Of a DNA stretch of 64,000 bases, positions 46,962 to 57,621 are shown in pieces (the stretch's first letter is position 1; every line of letters starts with the position of its first letter). The notes under the pieces are model-generated. The model was not told the origin of the DNA. It did not search any database and saw only the letters and a program-made list of their open reading frames with translations. The stretch comes from Deltaproteobacteria bacterium. Its GTDB lineage: Bacteria > Desulfobacterota > Syntrophia > Syntrophales > UBA2192. The translations under genes and the position numbers were made by a program. Location: contig JAAYEC010000007.1 of assembly GCA_012728915.1 (NCBI GenBank), forward strand, positions 6,505-70,504, in the 5' to 3' direction.

Positions 46962-49430
46962 TCACGATTGATGGATGAACTCGTCGAGTCTCCGGTACGC
47001 CGTCTCCAGGACGGCCACTTTCCCGGGAGCCCCGTCCAGCGACCCCGACCGGGCCGTTTTCTCCAGCGCGGCGGCGGCCGACGAAAGCTCCGAGGCCGCC
47101 AGGTTGGCCGCCCCGCCCTTGATGGCGTGGGCCTCGCGCCGGAGGATCTCCGCATCGGCCCTGTCCAGCGCCTCTCGGATCGTCCCGAGCTGGGCCCGCA
47201 CGTTCTCCAGGAACCGCCCCAGGAGTTCCATCAGGAACGCGCGATTCCCCTCGAATTCCTCCAGGGCACGGGCAAAATCGATGGGCTCCGCCGCGGCCGG
47301 GGGGCACGGCGCAGGTTCGGACCCCGCCGCTGCGTAAAGGTCGGCAGGACCGTCGCCGCCCGTCCACCGGGCCACCTTGTCGAGCAGGCTCTGCCGAAGG
47401 ACCGGCTTGGTCAGGCAGTCGTCCATTCCGGCCCGGAGGCACGCGTCGAGGTACTCGCGAACGGCGTGCGCCGTCAGGGCGACGATGGGGATGCGGCTCG
47501 TGCCTCCTCGCCTCTTTTCGAGTTCGCGGATGGTTCTCGCGGCCGCGATGCCGTCCATGACCGGCATCTGGACATCCATGAAAATGAGGCCGTAATGCCC
47601 GTCCTTGAACGCCTCGACGGCCTCGTGCCCGTTTTTTGCCAGCACGACGGAGTGTCCCCCCGCCTCGAGGTGCCTCCGGACGACCTCCCGGTTGACGGCA
47701 TAGTCGTCCGCCAGCAGGATCCGGCAGCCCCGCCGGGTATCAGGACCGGGCGCGCCGGCCGCAGGCCGCAGGATGCCGGCTTCGCCGCCTGCCGGCGCAA
47801 CCTGCCCCGCATGCTTCTTCATCTGCACGGTAAACCAGAACGTGCTTCCCTTCCCGGGCTCACTCGTCACGCCGATCTCGCCGCCCATGATCCCGACGAT
47901 TTCCTTCGCGATGGCGAGCCCGAGACCCGTCCCGCCGTACCGGCGCGTCGTCGACCCGTCGGCCTGCTCGAAGGTCTCAAAAATCTTCTGCTGCCGTTCC
48001 CGGGGGATGCCGATCCCCGTGTCGCCGACGGAAAATCGGAGGACCGCATTGTCGCCCCCGTCGCGCACGAGTTCGCACGAGACGGACACCCCCCCTTCGG
48101 GAGTGAACTTGAGGGCGTTGCCGACCAGGTTGACGAGCACCTGCCGCAGGCGAACGGCATCGCCCGAGAGTTCCATCGGCAGATCCGACGCGAGGAACGT
48201 CTCAAAGGAAAGACCTTTCTGCCCTGCCTGCAGGGCAAAGCCGCCGGCGACGGACCGAACAAGCTCCCCGAGATCAAAGGGCGCTTCCTCGAGGGCCATC
48301 TTGCCGGCCTCGATCCTGGCCAGGTCAAGGATGTCGTTGACGAGGCCGGAGAGGCTGCGGGCCTCGCTGTAAATCGTCTGCAGGAATCCCTTGAGGGGTT
48401 CATCGGGATGATGCCCGAGGCAGAGTTCCGCCATCCCGATGATGCCGTTGAGCGGCGTGCGGATCTCGTGACTCATCTTCGCCAGGAACTCGCTCTTGGC
48501 CAGGCTGGCCGCTTCCGCGTCCTGCTTTTCCTTGCTCAACGCCTCCGCCCGCTTTCGTTCGGAAATGTCCCTCGTGACCGCCTGGATGCCGACGATGAGG
48601 CCGTCGTTTTCGACGGCAATGCTGACCTGGGTCTCGCCCCAGAAGGTGTTGCCGTCCTTCCGAACGTGCTCGAGGACGAGGGTTTCCGAAAATCCCTTGC
48701 CGGAGAGGGTTCGCCGGCGCATGAGCCCCCGGATGACCCTGTAGAGATCCAGGACCTTCCTGGCCGAATCGGGAGTCAGCATCTCGTCGAAGCGAAGGCC
48801 CTCGGTCTCCTCCGGGGAATAACCGTAGAGGGTCTGCATGGACGGGCTGACATAGGTCAGGTTCATCTTCAGGTCCATGGTCCAGATGAGATCGCTCATG
48901 CTGTCGGCGATGAGGCGATACCGCTTCTCGCTTCGGCGCAGGGCCTCCTCGGAGCGCCTTCGGGCGGTGATGTCCCGCACAAGCCCCCGGAATCCCGACG
49001 GCCTACCGTCCCCATCCCGGATGAGCGAGACGGACATCGCGATGGGGATCCGTGAGCCGTCCCTGCGAGTGAACTCGCAGTCGAATCCCTTTTCGGCCTC
49101 GCCGGTCCCGAGCACGCGGCGGAAGAGATCGCGGACCTTCTCGGCATCCCCTGGAACCAGGCAGCCGGGGTAGTCCATCCCCAGCAATTTCGAGGGTGTA
49201 CGATTCAGCATCCGGCACAGGGCGGCGTTGAAAAACGTGATGTTGCCCGCGAGGTCCACCTCGTAGTACCCCTCCGTGATGCCGTCCAGGATGGCGCGGT
49301 AACGGTCCTCGCGTATCTTGTCGCGGTTGCTTTTCCGGCCGCGCGGCCGGAGGCCCGCCACCTCCGAACGGTCCTGGAGACCGGGATTCCCGGCGGGCGG
49401 CTGCGTCTTGGCCCGCTTCGTGCCTTTCAT
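46962..49430 (-). CDS. Hybrid sensor kinase PAS-PAS-HisKA-HATPase-REC-Hpt
   Basis: MSHEIRTPLNG, NLVGNALKFT, GTGLGL, MDVQMP, AHAIKG. Confidence 0.93.
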   Translation of the reverse strand: MKGTKRAKTQPPAGNPGLQDRSEVAGLRPRGRKSNRDKIREDRYRAILDGITEGYYEVDLAGNITFFNAALCRMLNRTPSKLLGMDYPGCLVPGDAEKVRDLFRRVLGTGEAEKGFDCEFTRRDGSRIPIAMSVSLIRDGDGRPSGFRGLVRDITARRRSEEALRRSEKRYRLIADSMSDLIWTMDLKMNLTYVSPSMQTLYGYSPEETEGLRFDEMLTPDSARKVLDLYRVIRGLMRRRTLSGKGFSETLVLEHVRKDGNTFWGETQVSIAVENDGLIVGIQAVTRDISERKRAEALSKEKQDAEAASLAKSEFLAKMSHEIRTPLNGIIGMAELCLGHHPDEPLKGFLQTIYSEARSLSGLVNDILDLARIEAGKMALEEAPFDLGELVRSVAGGFALQAGQKGLSFETFLASDLPMELSGDAVRLRQVLVNLVGNALKFTPEGGVSVSCELVRDGGDNAVLRFSVGDTGIGIPRERQQKIFETFEQADGSTTRRYGGTGLGLAIAKEIVGIMGGEIGVTSEPGKGSTFWFTVQMKKHAGQVAPAGGEAGILRPAAGAPGPDTRRGCRILLADDYAVNREVVRRHLEAGGHSVVLAKNGHEAVEAFKDGHYGLIFMDVQMPVMDGIAAARTIRELEKRRGGTSRIPIVALTAHAVREYLDACLRAGMDDCLTKPVLRQSLLDKVARWTGGDGPADLYAAAGSEPAPCPPAAAEPIDFARALEEFEGNRAFLMELLGRFLENVRAQLGTIREALDRADAEILRREAHAIKGGAANLAASELSSAAAALEKTARSGSLDGAPGKVAVLETAYRRLDEFIHQS

Positions 49431-49551
49431 CGATTTGTCCGAATTTCCTTGAGTTTTTCCCTGGATGGGACTATGCAAGTTCCGTGTAAAGCCGGGGGCC
49501 GCCGATACGGCGGTGCGCCTCATACCCTTATCGGACGGCAGGGGGGCTCTG

Positions 49552-50151
49552 ATGAGGAAAATCAAGGCCGTGATCTTCGACTGGGGCGGCGTGCTGATCG
49601 AGAACCCGACGGAGGGGATCCTCCGGCACAGCCGGGAGGTCCTCCGCATCGGCAGCGGGTGCATGCTAGCGGCCTACCGCAAGCTCATCCCCTGTTTCCA
49701 GGAGGGAAGGATCTCGGAGGAGGAGTTCTGGAAAGGCGTGCGCAGGCGCACAGGGGCGAAGGGGCAGCTGCCCGCCTCGCTGTGGCTCGAGGCCTTCGAG
49801 AAATCCTACGTGGAAAAGAAGGACGTCTTCGACGTGGCCCGCGAACTGCACGGCCGGGGCTATCGGACGGGAATCCTCTCCAACACGGAAGAGCCTGCAA
49901 GGCCCCTCATGGGCAAAGACCCCTACCGCATCTTCGACCCCCTCGTCCTTTCCTGGCAGGCGGGGGCCTCCGAGCCGCAGAGGCGGATCTTCGAGATGCT
50001 CGTCGAGACCCTGGCCCTGGATCCCCCGGAGATCCTGTTCATCGACGACGTCCAAGCCTACGTCGACGCCGCCGGGGATGCGGGCCTGCGGGGCCTCCTG
50101 TTCACCGACGCGCAGACCCTCCGCAAGGACCTCGCAGCGCTTCTCGGATGA
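49552..50151 (+). CDS. HAD family phosphatase
   Basis: FDWGGVL, LSN, FIDD. Confidence 0.88.
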   Translation: MRKIKAVIFDWGGVLIENPTEGILRHSREVLRIGSGCMLAAYRKLIPCFQEGRISEEEFWKGVRRRTGAKGQLPASLWLEAFEKSYVEKKDVFDVARELHGRGYRTGILSNTEEPARPLMGKDPYRIFDPLVLSWQAGASEPQRRIFEMLVETLALDPPEILFIDDVQAYVDAAGDAGLRGLLFTDAQTLRKDLAALLG

Positions 50152-50228
50152 ATCCCCGGGGCGCGGCGGCCGCAGCGTCTCTACAAAATCCCGGTCCTTC
50201 CCCTGCGCACGTACGCCGAACCCTGTCC

Positions 50229-50525
50229 CTACTTCGCAAACATGGGCGGCACACGGGCCGGCAGGACTTCGATTTTCCGCCACACACCGCCCGTGACGTA
50301 CGGCTCGTTGCCGAGCCAGGCGTCCACGTCGGCCCGCGAGGGAAAATCGACGACCAGGACAGAGCCGATCATCTGCTCGCGTTCATCGAGGATGGCCACC
50401 CCGAAGACGGCCTTGCCTTCTTCCTTCATCTTCGTGACGCCTGCCAGGTGCGCCTCCCGCACCGCCAGCCGGCGCTCCGGGGCCTTGTCGTCGGTTCCGT
50501 CGTAGCCGATCACCAGGAACTGCAT
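50229..50525 (-). CDS. YciI family protein
   Basis: R.AHL, IGS...DF and EPYV..GVW. Confidence 0.88.
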   Translation of the reverse strand: MQFLVIGYDGTDDKAPERRLAVREAHLAGVTKMKEEGKAVFGVAILDEREQMIGSVLVVDFPSRADVDAWLGNEPYVTGGVWRKIEVLPARVPPMFAK

Positions 50526-50714
50526 TCGTCTCCTCCTTTCCGTCCGATGAGCCCGGCCGGCGCCTTCCGTGCGGGGACACGTCCCCGTCCGAAAACCCGT
50601 GCGGCCGTGCTGAGAGCGGGGTCCTTTCCCTCTTTCCCGCAGCCCATCCGAGCCTCCGCGGCGTCGAGGAAAGCGGGCGGAAAGAGTCTATGGGCTGCGG
50701 CAAGCCCGGTCAAG

Positions 50715-50760
50715 AAAAATCCCCCTTCATGCCCTTTGAAAAGGGGCCTGAGGGGGGATC
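50715..50760. repeat. REP-like nested palindrome (AAATCCCCC...CCCTTT..AAAGGG...GGGGGAT)
   Basis: Related copies at 58716-58762 and, partially, at 2895-2925. Confidence 0.55.
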
Positions 50761-50773
50761 TGCGTTCACCCGA

Positions 50774-52051
50774 TTACCGCCCGCCCGCGGCCCTCTCCGC
50801 CGCTGCAATCGCCTGGTGGGCCAGGTCGACGGAGCGCCCGAGGGTGTTGAGCGCCAGGACCGGATTGTGGAAGCCCATGCTGTTCTCGGCGGCCACGTAA
50901 TCCCAGTACCACTGCGCCTTCCGGATGAGTTCGCGGGCCTTGTCCAGTTGCGCCCTGTCCGCCCGGGCGCTCTTCGATGCCTTCCCGACGGCCTGGTGGG
51001 CCCTCGCCACCGTCTGCCCCGCCGTGTGCTGCATCTCCCAGACACTGTTCTGGATGCTCTTGACACGGTCGAGCAGCCACTGGTCGCTCTGGGTGTGACA
51101 GGTCCGGCAGGCCTCCTTGCCGTGTTTCATGGGGCTTGTCACCCAGTGGGAGGTGTACTTCTGCCCGTCGACCTTCATGTACGGCATGTGACAGTCGGCG
51201 CAGGACACGCCGGAGCCGGCATGGACGCCCCCGCTCCACATCTCGAAATCGGGGTGCTGGGCCTTGAGCATCTTCGTCTCCGAGTCGGGATGCTTCCAGT
51301 CCATCTCGAAGCCGTTGGGGATCGAGGAATAGTACTCGTACATTTTCTCGGGGTGCAGGCCCCTGACCCAGGGGAAGACGACCTTCTTGCCTACCGGAAC
51401 GAAGTAGTACTCGGCGTGGCACTGCCCGCAGACGTAGCTGCGCATCTCCTCGCGGGGGGCCTTCTTCACGTCGATGCCCCGCTTCTCCATGGCCTCTATG
51501 AAGGCCGGGTTGATGACGCGCAGGTTCATCGTCTTCGGGTCATGGCAGTTGGCGCAGACGATGGGGTGCTTGAGCTGGGGCAACAGATCGAGAAGGGGCA
51601 TTTTTGCATAGTCCCATCCCTTCTCCTTGAACAGGTCGGCCAGTTGCGCCGTCTTGCAGGTCATGCAGGCGCCGGCCGTCGTCTTGTCGACGCGCTTCGT
51701 GTCCCTGAGATCCTCGAGGGCGTAGGGGTGGCCCCGGTCTTCCGTGTAGTCGATGCTGAAGGGCATCCCCTTGAAGTTGACCAGGATCTCGGGCTCCTTG
51801 ATTGACTTCTGGACCTTCTCGCTGCCGCCGAAGCCCGTGGGCGATGCAGCCATCTCCCTGTTCCGCAGGTAGCTCTTGTACTCCAGCGGGTAATGCCGGC
51901 CCCACACGGCGGGATCGTATTCGCCTTCGGGAATGACGGCGACCTTTATCGTCTGGTAGGGCGTGCGCACGAAGAGCTGCAGCACGATGATAAAGAGCAT
52001 CGCCAGCACAATTCCCCCGAGCGTCATCCAGATTTTCTTATTGCTGTCCAA
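50774..52051 (-). CDS. nrfA: Ammonia-forming cytochrome c nitrite reductase
   Basis: CMTCK (CxxCK) plus 4 CxxCH; RGH.Y, KAQHP, AENSMGFH; TTG start after a GGAGG RBS. Confidence 0.93.
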   Translation of the reverse strand: MDSNKKIWMTLGGIVLAMLFIIVLQLFVRTPYQTIKVAVIPEGEYDPAVWGRHYPLEYKSYLRNREMAASPTGFGGSEKVQKSIKEPEILVNFKGMPFSIDYTEDRGHPYALEDLRDTKRVDKTTAGACMTCKTAQLADLFKEKGWDYAKMPLLDLLPQLKHPIVCANCHDPKTMNLRVINPAFIEAMEKRGIDVKKAPREEMRSYVCGQCHAEYYFVPVGKKVVFPWVRGLHPEKMYEYYSSIPNGFEMDWKHPDSETKMLKAQHPDFEMWSGGVHAGSGVSCADCHMPYMKVDGQKYTSHWVTSPMKHGKEACRTCHTQSDQWLLDRVKSIQNSVWEMQHTAGQTVARAHQAVGKASKSARADRAQLDKARELIRKAQWYWDYVAAENSMGFHNPVLALNTLGRSVDLAHQAIAAAERAAGGR

Positions 52052-52526
52052 GGATGATCCCTCCCCCCTTTTCAAGCCCCCGCTGGTGGACGGTGAAGCG
52101 ATGGCACTTCAGGCAGTCGGCGCCGCCCGCCCCCATGGGGGTATTCTGCACCGTCGAGAAGTGGCACCGCAGGCAGTTTCCGCTTGCGATCTCCCGGGCC
52201 TCCGCCGAGAGGCTGATGGCCGCGGGGTAGATTTTCAGGGTTTCGTGGTAGAGGTCGTTGAGGCCCGCCTTGACCTTGTATGCGATCTGTCCGGCCAGGT
52301 TGGTGTCGGGCTGATGGCAGTCGACGCAGGCAAACTGCTTGTGGTTGGAGATCTGCCAGCGGCTGTAGACGTGGTCCATGCCGTGGCAGGCGCCGCAGAC
52401 CCGGGGGCTGCCCGAGGCGACGAATCCCCCCACCAGGAGAGTGGCGAGGATGGCGCCGGCGGCGATGCCGCCGGCCAGGAGCTTCTTCGGGGGCAGGCCG
52501 ACGAGGTCTTTCCAGTTCACGTTCAC
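52038..52526 (-). CDS. nrfH: NapC/NirT-family tetraheme quinol dehydrogenase
   Basis: N-terminal TM; CGACHGM, CVDCH, CLRCH, CLKCH. Confidence 0.9.
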   Translation of the reverse strand: MNVNWKDLVGLPPKKLLAGGIAAGAILATLLVGGFVASGSPRVCGACHGMDHVYSRWQISNHKQFACVDCHQPDTNLAGQIAYKVKAGLNDLYHETLKIYPAAISLSAEAREIASGNCLRCHFSTVQNTPMGAGGADCLKCHRFTVHQRGLEKGGGIILGQQ

Positions 52527-52582
52527 ACACCCCAGAGCCGTTTGTGGACCGGCGGCAAGAGAGCGATACCTGAAACGCGGTG

Positions 52583-52612
52583 ACTATAGAGAAAGGACCG
52601 GCGCCGAGTCAA
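52583..52612 (-). promoter_or_regulatory. Sigma70-type promoter of nrfHA
   Basis: TTGACT-18-TATAGT. Confidence 0.5.
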
Positions 52613-52786
52613 GGGAAAACCCCGCGGCCGCCGACGGGCCGGGGCGAAGATTCCATTGACAGGACGATTCGTTTTTTTTAGACTTTTTCCGCCAAAAGAC
52701 AACGTCCCTTTTTCGCGGTATCGGGCAGCGCGCCGCAAACGGAACGCCCGCCGGCGGAGAGCCCGGACGGAGACCAGGAGGAGCCC

Positions 52787-54952
52787 TTGCACGTGCCGGA
52801 AGGTGTGGAGATCACGCGGCAGATCTTCTGGAACGTCTACGGCGGCGAGGGGCTTAACACAACCCAGCTCCTGCTCTACGCCGCGGTCGTCACCGCAATC
52901 GGGCTGTTCGTCGCCGGGCTGTACCGCTCGGGGTTCATGACCCGCAGGAAGATGTGGAAGCTGGGACAGGGCCCGGCGGTTTCGTACACCGATCCTCCGT
53001 CAGCCCGGTTCGGCTTCACCCTGGCGGAGGTCTTCAGCCACCGCAAGCTTCTCCGGGAGCCCTACCCGGGCATCTTCCACCTCGGCGTCTTCTACGGCTT
53101 CCTAGCCCTGCTCATCACGACGACCATCGTGGCCCTGCAGGCCGACGTGTTCTGGCCGCTCTTCGACTGGTATTTCTTCAAAGACCGTTTCTACCTGGGC
53201 CTGTCTCTCTTCGCCGACGTCTTCGGCATCATCGCAATCGCCGGGGTCCTGATGGCGCTGGCCCGCCGCCATGTCATCAAGCCCGCCTGGCTTGACGAAA
53301 AGGGCGAGGACAAGCCCATCCTGTGGCTGATCCTGTTCATCCTCGTGACCGGCTTCGTCGTCGAGGGGCTGCGCATCCAGGCCACCGAGGCCGATCCGTC
53401 AAGCCCCATGCATCCCTACATCTGGTTCTCGCCGGGAGGCAGGCTGGTTGCGTTTCTCTTCGCGGGGATGGGCCAGGCATCCCTGAGGACGGCCCATGCC
53501 GTGCTGTGGTGGGTGCACGTCATGGGCGCCATGGCGTTCATCGTCCTCCTGGCCGGCACGAAGCTGTCGCACATCTTCATGACTCCCACGAGCATCTACC
53601 TGAAGCCCGACGCGCAGACCCCGCTTCTGCGCCCGATGCCGCCCGAGATGTTTGAAAAGGCGGAAATCTTCGGCGTTCACAAGGCGGAGGAATACTCCTG
53701 GAAAGACCTCTTCGAGACGGAGGCATGCATGCGCTGCGGGCGCTGCGTCGAGGTCTGCCCGGCCTTCAATACCGACAAGCCCCTGAGGCCCCGGGACGTG
53801 ATCCGGGATCTCCGCGCGCACCTGGAGCAAAAGGCGAAATTCGTCATCGACGAACAGGGAGGGTACAAGCCCGTCCCCGACGAAGCCTACACCGGCCCGG
53901 CGCTCATCGGGGACACCCTGGAGAAGGACACGATCTGGTCCTGCACCACCTGCAAGGCCTGCGTGGAGGTCTGCCCGGCCTACATCCGCCAGTTCCCCAA
54001 GCTCATCGAGCTCAGGCGCTACCTGGTCATGATGGAATCCAGCTTCCCCGGGGAGGTCCAGGAGCTCTTCAAGGGCATGGAGAACAATTCCAACCCCTGG
54101 AGCATCGGCGCCCACACGAGGGCGGACTGGGCCAAGGGGCAGGACGTCCCCCTGATGTCGGAGAAGGGCGGCGCGGAATACCTCTTCTTCGTCGGCTGCG
54201 CCGGGTCGTTCGACACCCTCAACCGGAAGGTCGCCCTGGCCCTGGCCAGGATCTTCCGGGCCGCGGGCCTGGATTTCGCCATCCTCGGGACCGAGGAGGG
54301 CTGCTGCGGGGACTCGGTCAGGAAGATCGGCAATGAGTATGTCTACCAGGCCCTGGCCACGGCCAACATCGAGACCTTCAAGGCCTACAACGTGAGCCGC
54401 ATCATCACCCTGTGCCCGCACGGGTACAACACCCTCAAGCACGACTACCGGGAACTCGGCGGCCATTACGAGGTGTTCCACTACACGGAGGTCCTGGAAA
54501 GGCTCATCCGGGAGGGAAAAATCAAGCTCAAGACGGCCATCCCGGACCTCGGCGCCGTCGCCTACCACGATTCCTGCTACCTCGGCAGGTACAACCAGAT
54601 CTACGACCAGCCGAGGGACATCCTCAAGGCCCTGTCGGCCGGCCCGATGGTCGAAATGGCAAGCAACCGCGACAAGAGCTTCTGCTGCGGGGCGGGCGGC
54701 GGCAGGATGTGGATGGAAGAGCACATCGGCTCGAGGATCAACCACAGGCGGACGAAACAGGTGGAGGCGACCGGCGCAAGGACCGTGTGCACGGCATGCC
54801 CGTTCTGCTATACCATGCTCTCGGACGGCATCAAGGAGCTCAACCTCTCCGAGAAGCTCCAGGCCGTCGACATCGCCCAGCTCGTCGCCCGGGCGGCGGG
54901 CCTCGACGAGAACCCCCGGGGGGCCGGCGAGCCGGAAACGGCGAAACGCTGA
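52787..54952 (+). CDS. Membrane Fe-S oxidoreductase (NarI-like cyt b + 2[4Fe-4S] + two CCG domains; EMO/FadF-like)
   Basis: TM domain, [40 protein letters not shown]. Confidence 0.9.
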   Translation: MHVPEGVEITRQIFWNVYGGEGLNTTQLLLYAAVVTAIGLFVAGLYRSGFMTRRKMWKLGQGPAVSYTDPPSARFGFTLAEVFSHRKLLREPYPGIFHLGVFYGFLALLITTTIVALQADVFWPLFDWYFFKDRFYLGLSLFADVFGIIAIAGVLMALARRHVIKPAWLDEKGEDKPILWLILFILVTGFVVEGLRIQATEADPSSPMHPYIWFSPGGRLVAFLFAGMGQASLRTAHAVLWWVHVMGAMAFIVLLAGTKLSHIFMTPTSIYLKPDAQTPLLRPMPPEMFEKAEIFGVHKAEEYSWKDLFETEACMRCGRCVEVCPAFNTDKPLRPRDVIRDLRAHLEQKAKFVIDEQGGYKPVPDEAYTGPALIGDTLEKDTIWSCTTCKACVEVCPAYIRQFPKLIELRRYLVMMESSFPGEVQELFKGMENNSNPWSIGAHTRADWAKGQDVPLMSEKGGAEYLFFVGCAGSFDTLNRKVALALARIFRAAGLDFAILGTEEGCCGDSVRKIGNEYVYQALATANIETFKAYNVSRIITLCPHGYNTLKHDYRELGGHYEVFHYTEVLERLIREGKIKLKTAIPDLGAVAYHDSCYLGRYNQIYDQPRDILKALSAGPMVEMASNRDKSFCCGAGGGRMWMEEHIGSRINHRRTKQVEATGARTVCTACPFCYTMLSDGIKELNLSEKLQAVDIAQLVARAAGLDENPRGAGEPETAKR

Positions 54953-55029
54953 GCCCCTCCCGGCAACGCGATGCATGCTTCACGAGGTCCCGGACCTTCG
55001 TGTCGCCATTCAAGAAAAAGGAGGAACGG

Positions 55030-55695
55030 ATGACTATGAGCAAAGCAAGGACACTCACCGCCCTGGCCGTATTGGTCTGTGTTTTCCTGACAGGAAACAT
55101 CGTGTCGGCAGCGGATCATCCCCACGCCAAGACGGCGAAAAAAATGGCATGGACCCAGAGTGCGGTAGACCTGAACAAAACGATGCGCAAGCTCTGGGCG
55201 CAGCACATGGAGTGGACGTACGCTGCGGTGGCGGCTTTTGCGACAAACTCCCCAATCTATGACGCGACGGCTGCCCGGCTCATGAAAAACCAGGAAGACA
55301 TCGGCAACTCCATCCGCCCGTTCTACGGCGACGCAGCGGCGGACGGGCTTACCAGGCTCTTGAAGGAGCACATTACCGGAGCGGTCCAGGTCTGCAAAGA
55401 CGCGAAGGCAAATGACAAGCCCGCACTGGAAAAATCGATCGCCGCAGCGTATGCCAATGCGCAGGAAATCGCCGATTTCCTGGCAAAGGCAAACAGGCAT
55501 TGGCCGAAAGAGATCGTCCGCGACATGTTGAAGGGTCACATCGACACGACCCTGGTGTACGCGACGGCGCTGCTGGCCGGAAAATATGCCGAAGGCATTG
55601 CCGAGTACAGCAAGGCAGAGGATCACATGATGGTCCTCGCAGATGCGCTGACGGAAGGCCTCGTGGCGGCGTTCCCTAGAAAATTCAGAAAATAG
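55030..55695 (+). CDS. Secreted helical His-rich hypothetical protein
   Basis: Signal peptide; LWAQH..WT, LLKEH, ML.GH and DHM..LAD; GAGGA RBS. Confidence 0.75.
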   Translation: MTMSKARTLTALAVLVCVFLTGNIVSAADHPHAKTAKKMAWTQSAVDLNKTMRKLWAQHMEWTYAAVAAFATNSPIYDATAARLMKNQEDIGNSIRPFYGDAAADGLTRLLKEHITGAVQVCKDAKANDKPALEKSIAAAYANAQEIADFLAKANRHWPKEIVRDMLKGHIDTTLVYATALLAGKYAEGIAEYSKAEDHMMVLADALTEGLVAAFPRKFRK

Positions 55696-55722
55696 GACGC
55701 CTCCTCTTCATTGGAAAGGAAA

Positions 55723-55756
55723 AAACGGGTTACAGACGAGCGTCTGTAACCCGTTT
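55723..55756. terminator. Bidirectional terminator hairpin 3' of the tRNA
   Basis: AAACGGGTTACAGACG / CGTCTGTAACCCGTTT inverted repeat with a flanking A-tract. Confidence 0.8.
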
Positions 55757-55763
55757 CATTGGC

Positions 55764-55840
55764 TGGTGCCCCCTCCGTGATTCGAACACGGGGCACACGG
55801 ATTAGGAATCCGTTGCTCTATCCTTCTGAGCTAAGGGGGC
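55764..55840 (-). tRNA. tRNA-Arg(CCU)
   Basis: GCCCCCT acceptor stem, anticodon arm ACGGA-TTCCTAA-TCCGT, TTCGAAT T-loop, encoded CCA. Confidence 0.96.
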
Positions 55841-55892
55841 GCAGTTACGTCCCGAAACGAGGGAGGACGTTAGCACGATCGCAGGGGGAGAG

Positions 55893-56807
55893 TCAAGCCT
55901 CCCGTCCGGCGCCGGCCGGGGGGAGGTGCCTCTCGACGATCCGGTCCTCGCGGAAATCCTTCAGCATGAGCTGCTGCGGCGTGACGCCCTCCAGCGCCTC
56001 CTCGGGGATCAGGCCGACGAGCTCCGACTCGAGAATCCCCAGCCCGAGCCGCGCGGCCTCGGCCTGCACGCGTTCGAAGACGTCCTTCACGGACGTCTCG
56101 CGGAAATTCGTCAGATTCATCGAGACCTGCACGATGCCCCGGCTCTTCAGGGGCACGCCGATGGCCTTCACGTGTTTCATCCCTCCGCCGGAATGGCGGA
56201 TCGTCCCGGCGATCTTCCGGGCCGCGTCCAGGTCCGCCGAGGCCAGATTGATGTTGAAGGCCACGAGGAAATCCCGGGCCCCGACGGCCGTGGCCCCGCT
56301 CCGCGCGTTGAGGACGGAGGGGCCCGCATCGGGCGCCCACGCCGGATCCTTCATCCGCTTGTCCAGCGCCTCGTAGCCCCCCCTGCGGATGTGGGGCAGC
56401 TCGCGGCGCTCCTCGACGAGGGCCGCCTCGCCGTAAAAGAAGACGGGCAGGCGGTTCCGCTGCGCGAAGGCCCTTCCGAACCGGCGGGCCGCCTCGACGG
56501 CATCGGCCATGACGGCGTTCTTGAGCGGAATGAAGGGGACGACATCGACGGCGCCGATTCGCGGGTGCACGCCCCTCTGGGCGCGCATGTCGATGAGCTC
56601 CAGCGCCTTGTCGCAGGCCGCCGCCGCGCCCCGTTCGATGTCATCGGGAGCGCCGAGGAAGGTGAAAACCGTCCGGTTGTGGTCGGCATCGGTGCAGATG
56701 TCCAGCAGCTGCACGCCGCCGACCCGCTGCAGGGCGTCGGCGACGGCATCGATCGTCTTGCGGTTCCGCCCCTCGCTGAAGTTGGGGACGCACTCCAATA
56801 TCTTCAT
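55893..56807 (-). CDS. ftcD: Glutamate formimidoyltransferase
   Basis: ECVPNFSEGR, DHNR, GVHPRIGAVDVVPF, QVSMNL. Confidence 0.93.
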   Translation of the reverse strand: MKILECVPNFSEGRNRKTIDAVADALQRVGGVQLLDICTDADHNRTVFTFLGAPDDIERGAAAACDKALELIDMRAQRGVHPRIGAVDVVPFIPLKNAVMADAVEAARRFGRAFAQRNRLPVFFYGEAALVEERRELPHIRRGGYEALDKRMKDPAWAPDAGPSVLNARSGATAVGARDFLVAFNINLASADLDAARKIAGTIRHSGGGMKHVKAIGVPLKSRGIVQVSMNLTNFRETSVKDVFERVQAEAARLGLGILESELVGLIPEEALEGVTPQQLMLKDFREDRIVERHLPPAGAGREA

Positions 56808-56938
56808 GCTCGATCTCGACAGTTCCGGTATGCCGCTCTTACAAGCACGTCAACCAGCTAACCGCGTGAAGTTAGGTAGAGCGGAAAACCGGTAACCCTC
56901 TACTGGCAAAGGGAGAACTCCTCGCGTGACAGGTCTCT

Positions 56939-57580
56939 TCACACCTGATGAAAGCGCATCGCCGGCAGCTCCAGGCAGGTCAAGGCGCCCCCGTACACGG
57001 CGCCCGTGTCGATGCCGACCATCCTTTCCCCCATAAAGGGACCACCCGTGAAGGGTGTGTGCCCGAAAACGACGGTCTTCTTCAACCCGTGGTCGGCCAA
57101 GAAGAACTCGTGGCGGATCCAGATCATGTCATGGGGGTCCTGGATCTCCATGGGGATGCCGGGGCGCACGCCGGCGTGGACAAACAGGTGCGTCTCCGTC
57201 TCGTAGAAGGGCAGTAGGGAGCGGAAGAAGGCCAGATGATCGGGGGGCACCTTCGCCTCCCGGTCGGCGGCATCGGGCTCAATGCCGTAGGAGCGCAGGG
57301 TGCTGCGGCCGCCGTTGGCCAGGAAGAGATCCTCCTCCCGGCCGTCGAGCCAGTGCAGGAACATCCGCTCGTGGTTGCCCATCAGGCAGATGACGCGCTC
57401 GTGTTTCCCGCGCAGTTCCAGGACGGCGTCGACGACCTCCTTCGATGACGGTCCGCGGTCGATGTAGTCGCCCATGAAGACGACAGTGTCCGCGGCCCAG
57501 TCGACGTCGATGAGCGCGAGGAGCCGCCGGAGCTTGTCGAGACAGCCGTGGATGTCGCCGATGGCGAATACGCGTCCCAT
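56939..57580 (-). CDS. Ser/Thr protein phosphatase family metallophosphoesterase
   Basis: GDIHG, GDYIDRG, GNHE, VHAG, GHTP, IDTG. Confidence 0.93.
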   Translation of the reverse strand: MGRVFAIGDIHGCLDKLRRLLALIDVDWAADTVVFMGDYIDRGPSSKEVVDAVLELRGKHERVICLMGNHERMFLHWLDGREEDLFLANGGRSTLRSYGIEPDAADREAKVPPDHLAFFRSLLPFYETETHLFVHAGVRPGIPMEIQDPHDMIWIRHEFFLADHGLKKTVVFGHTPFTGGPFMGERMVGIDTGAVYGGALTCLELPAMRFHQV

Positions 57581-57621
57581 AGGCGCGTGACCCCCTGATA
57601 CCCGAAACGTGACCCGGTCCT

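Noticed and set aside
1293..54952. Sec read-through at other TGA stops (e.g. 1295, 12046, 14511, 46393, 54952)
   Set aside because: The proteins appear complete at these stops, with no Cys-equivalent motif context; I saw no comparable SECIS-like hairpin.
54412..55029. 427-aa ORF suggesting a fusion upstream of the His-rich protein
   Set aside because: Off-frame overlap with the Fe-S oxidoreductase; RBS and signal peptide define the start at 55030.
54950..55840. Integrative element at tRNA-Arg
   Set aside because: No integrase and no convincing duplicated tRNA 3' end seen in the window.
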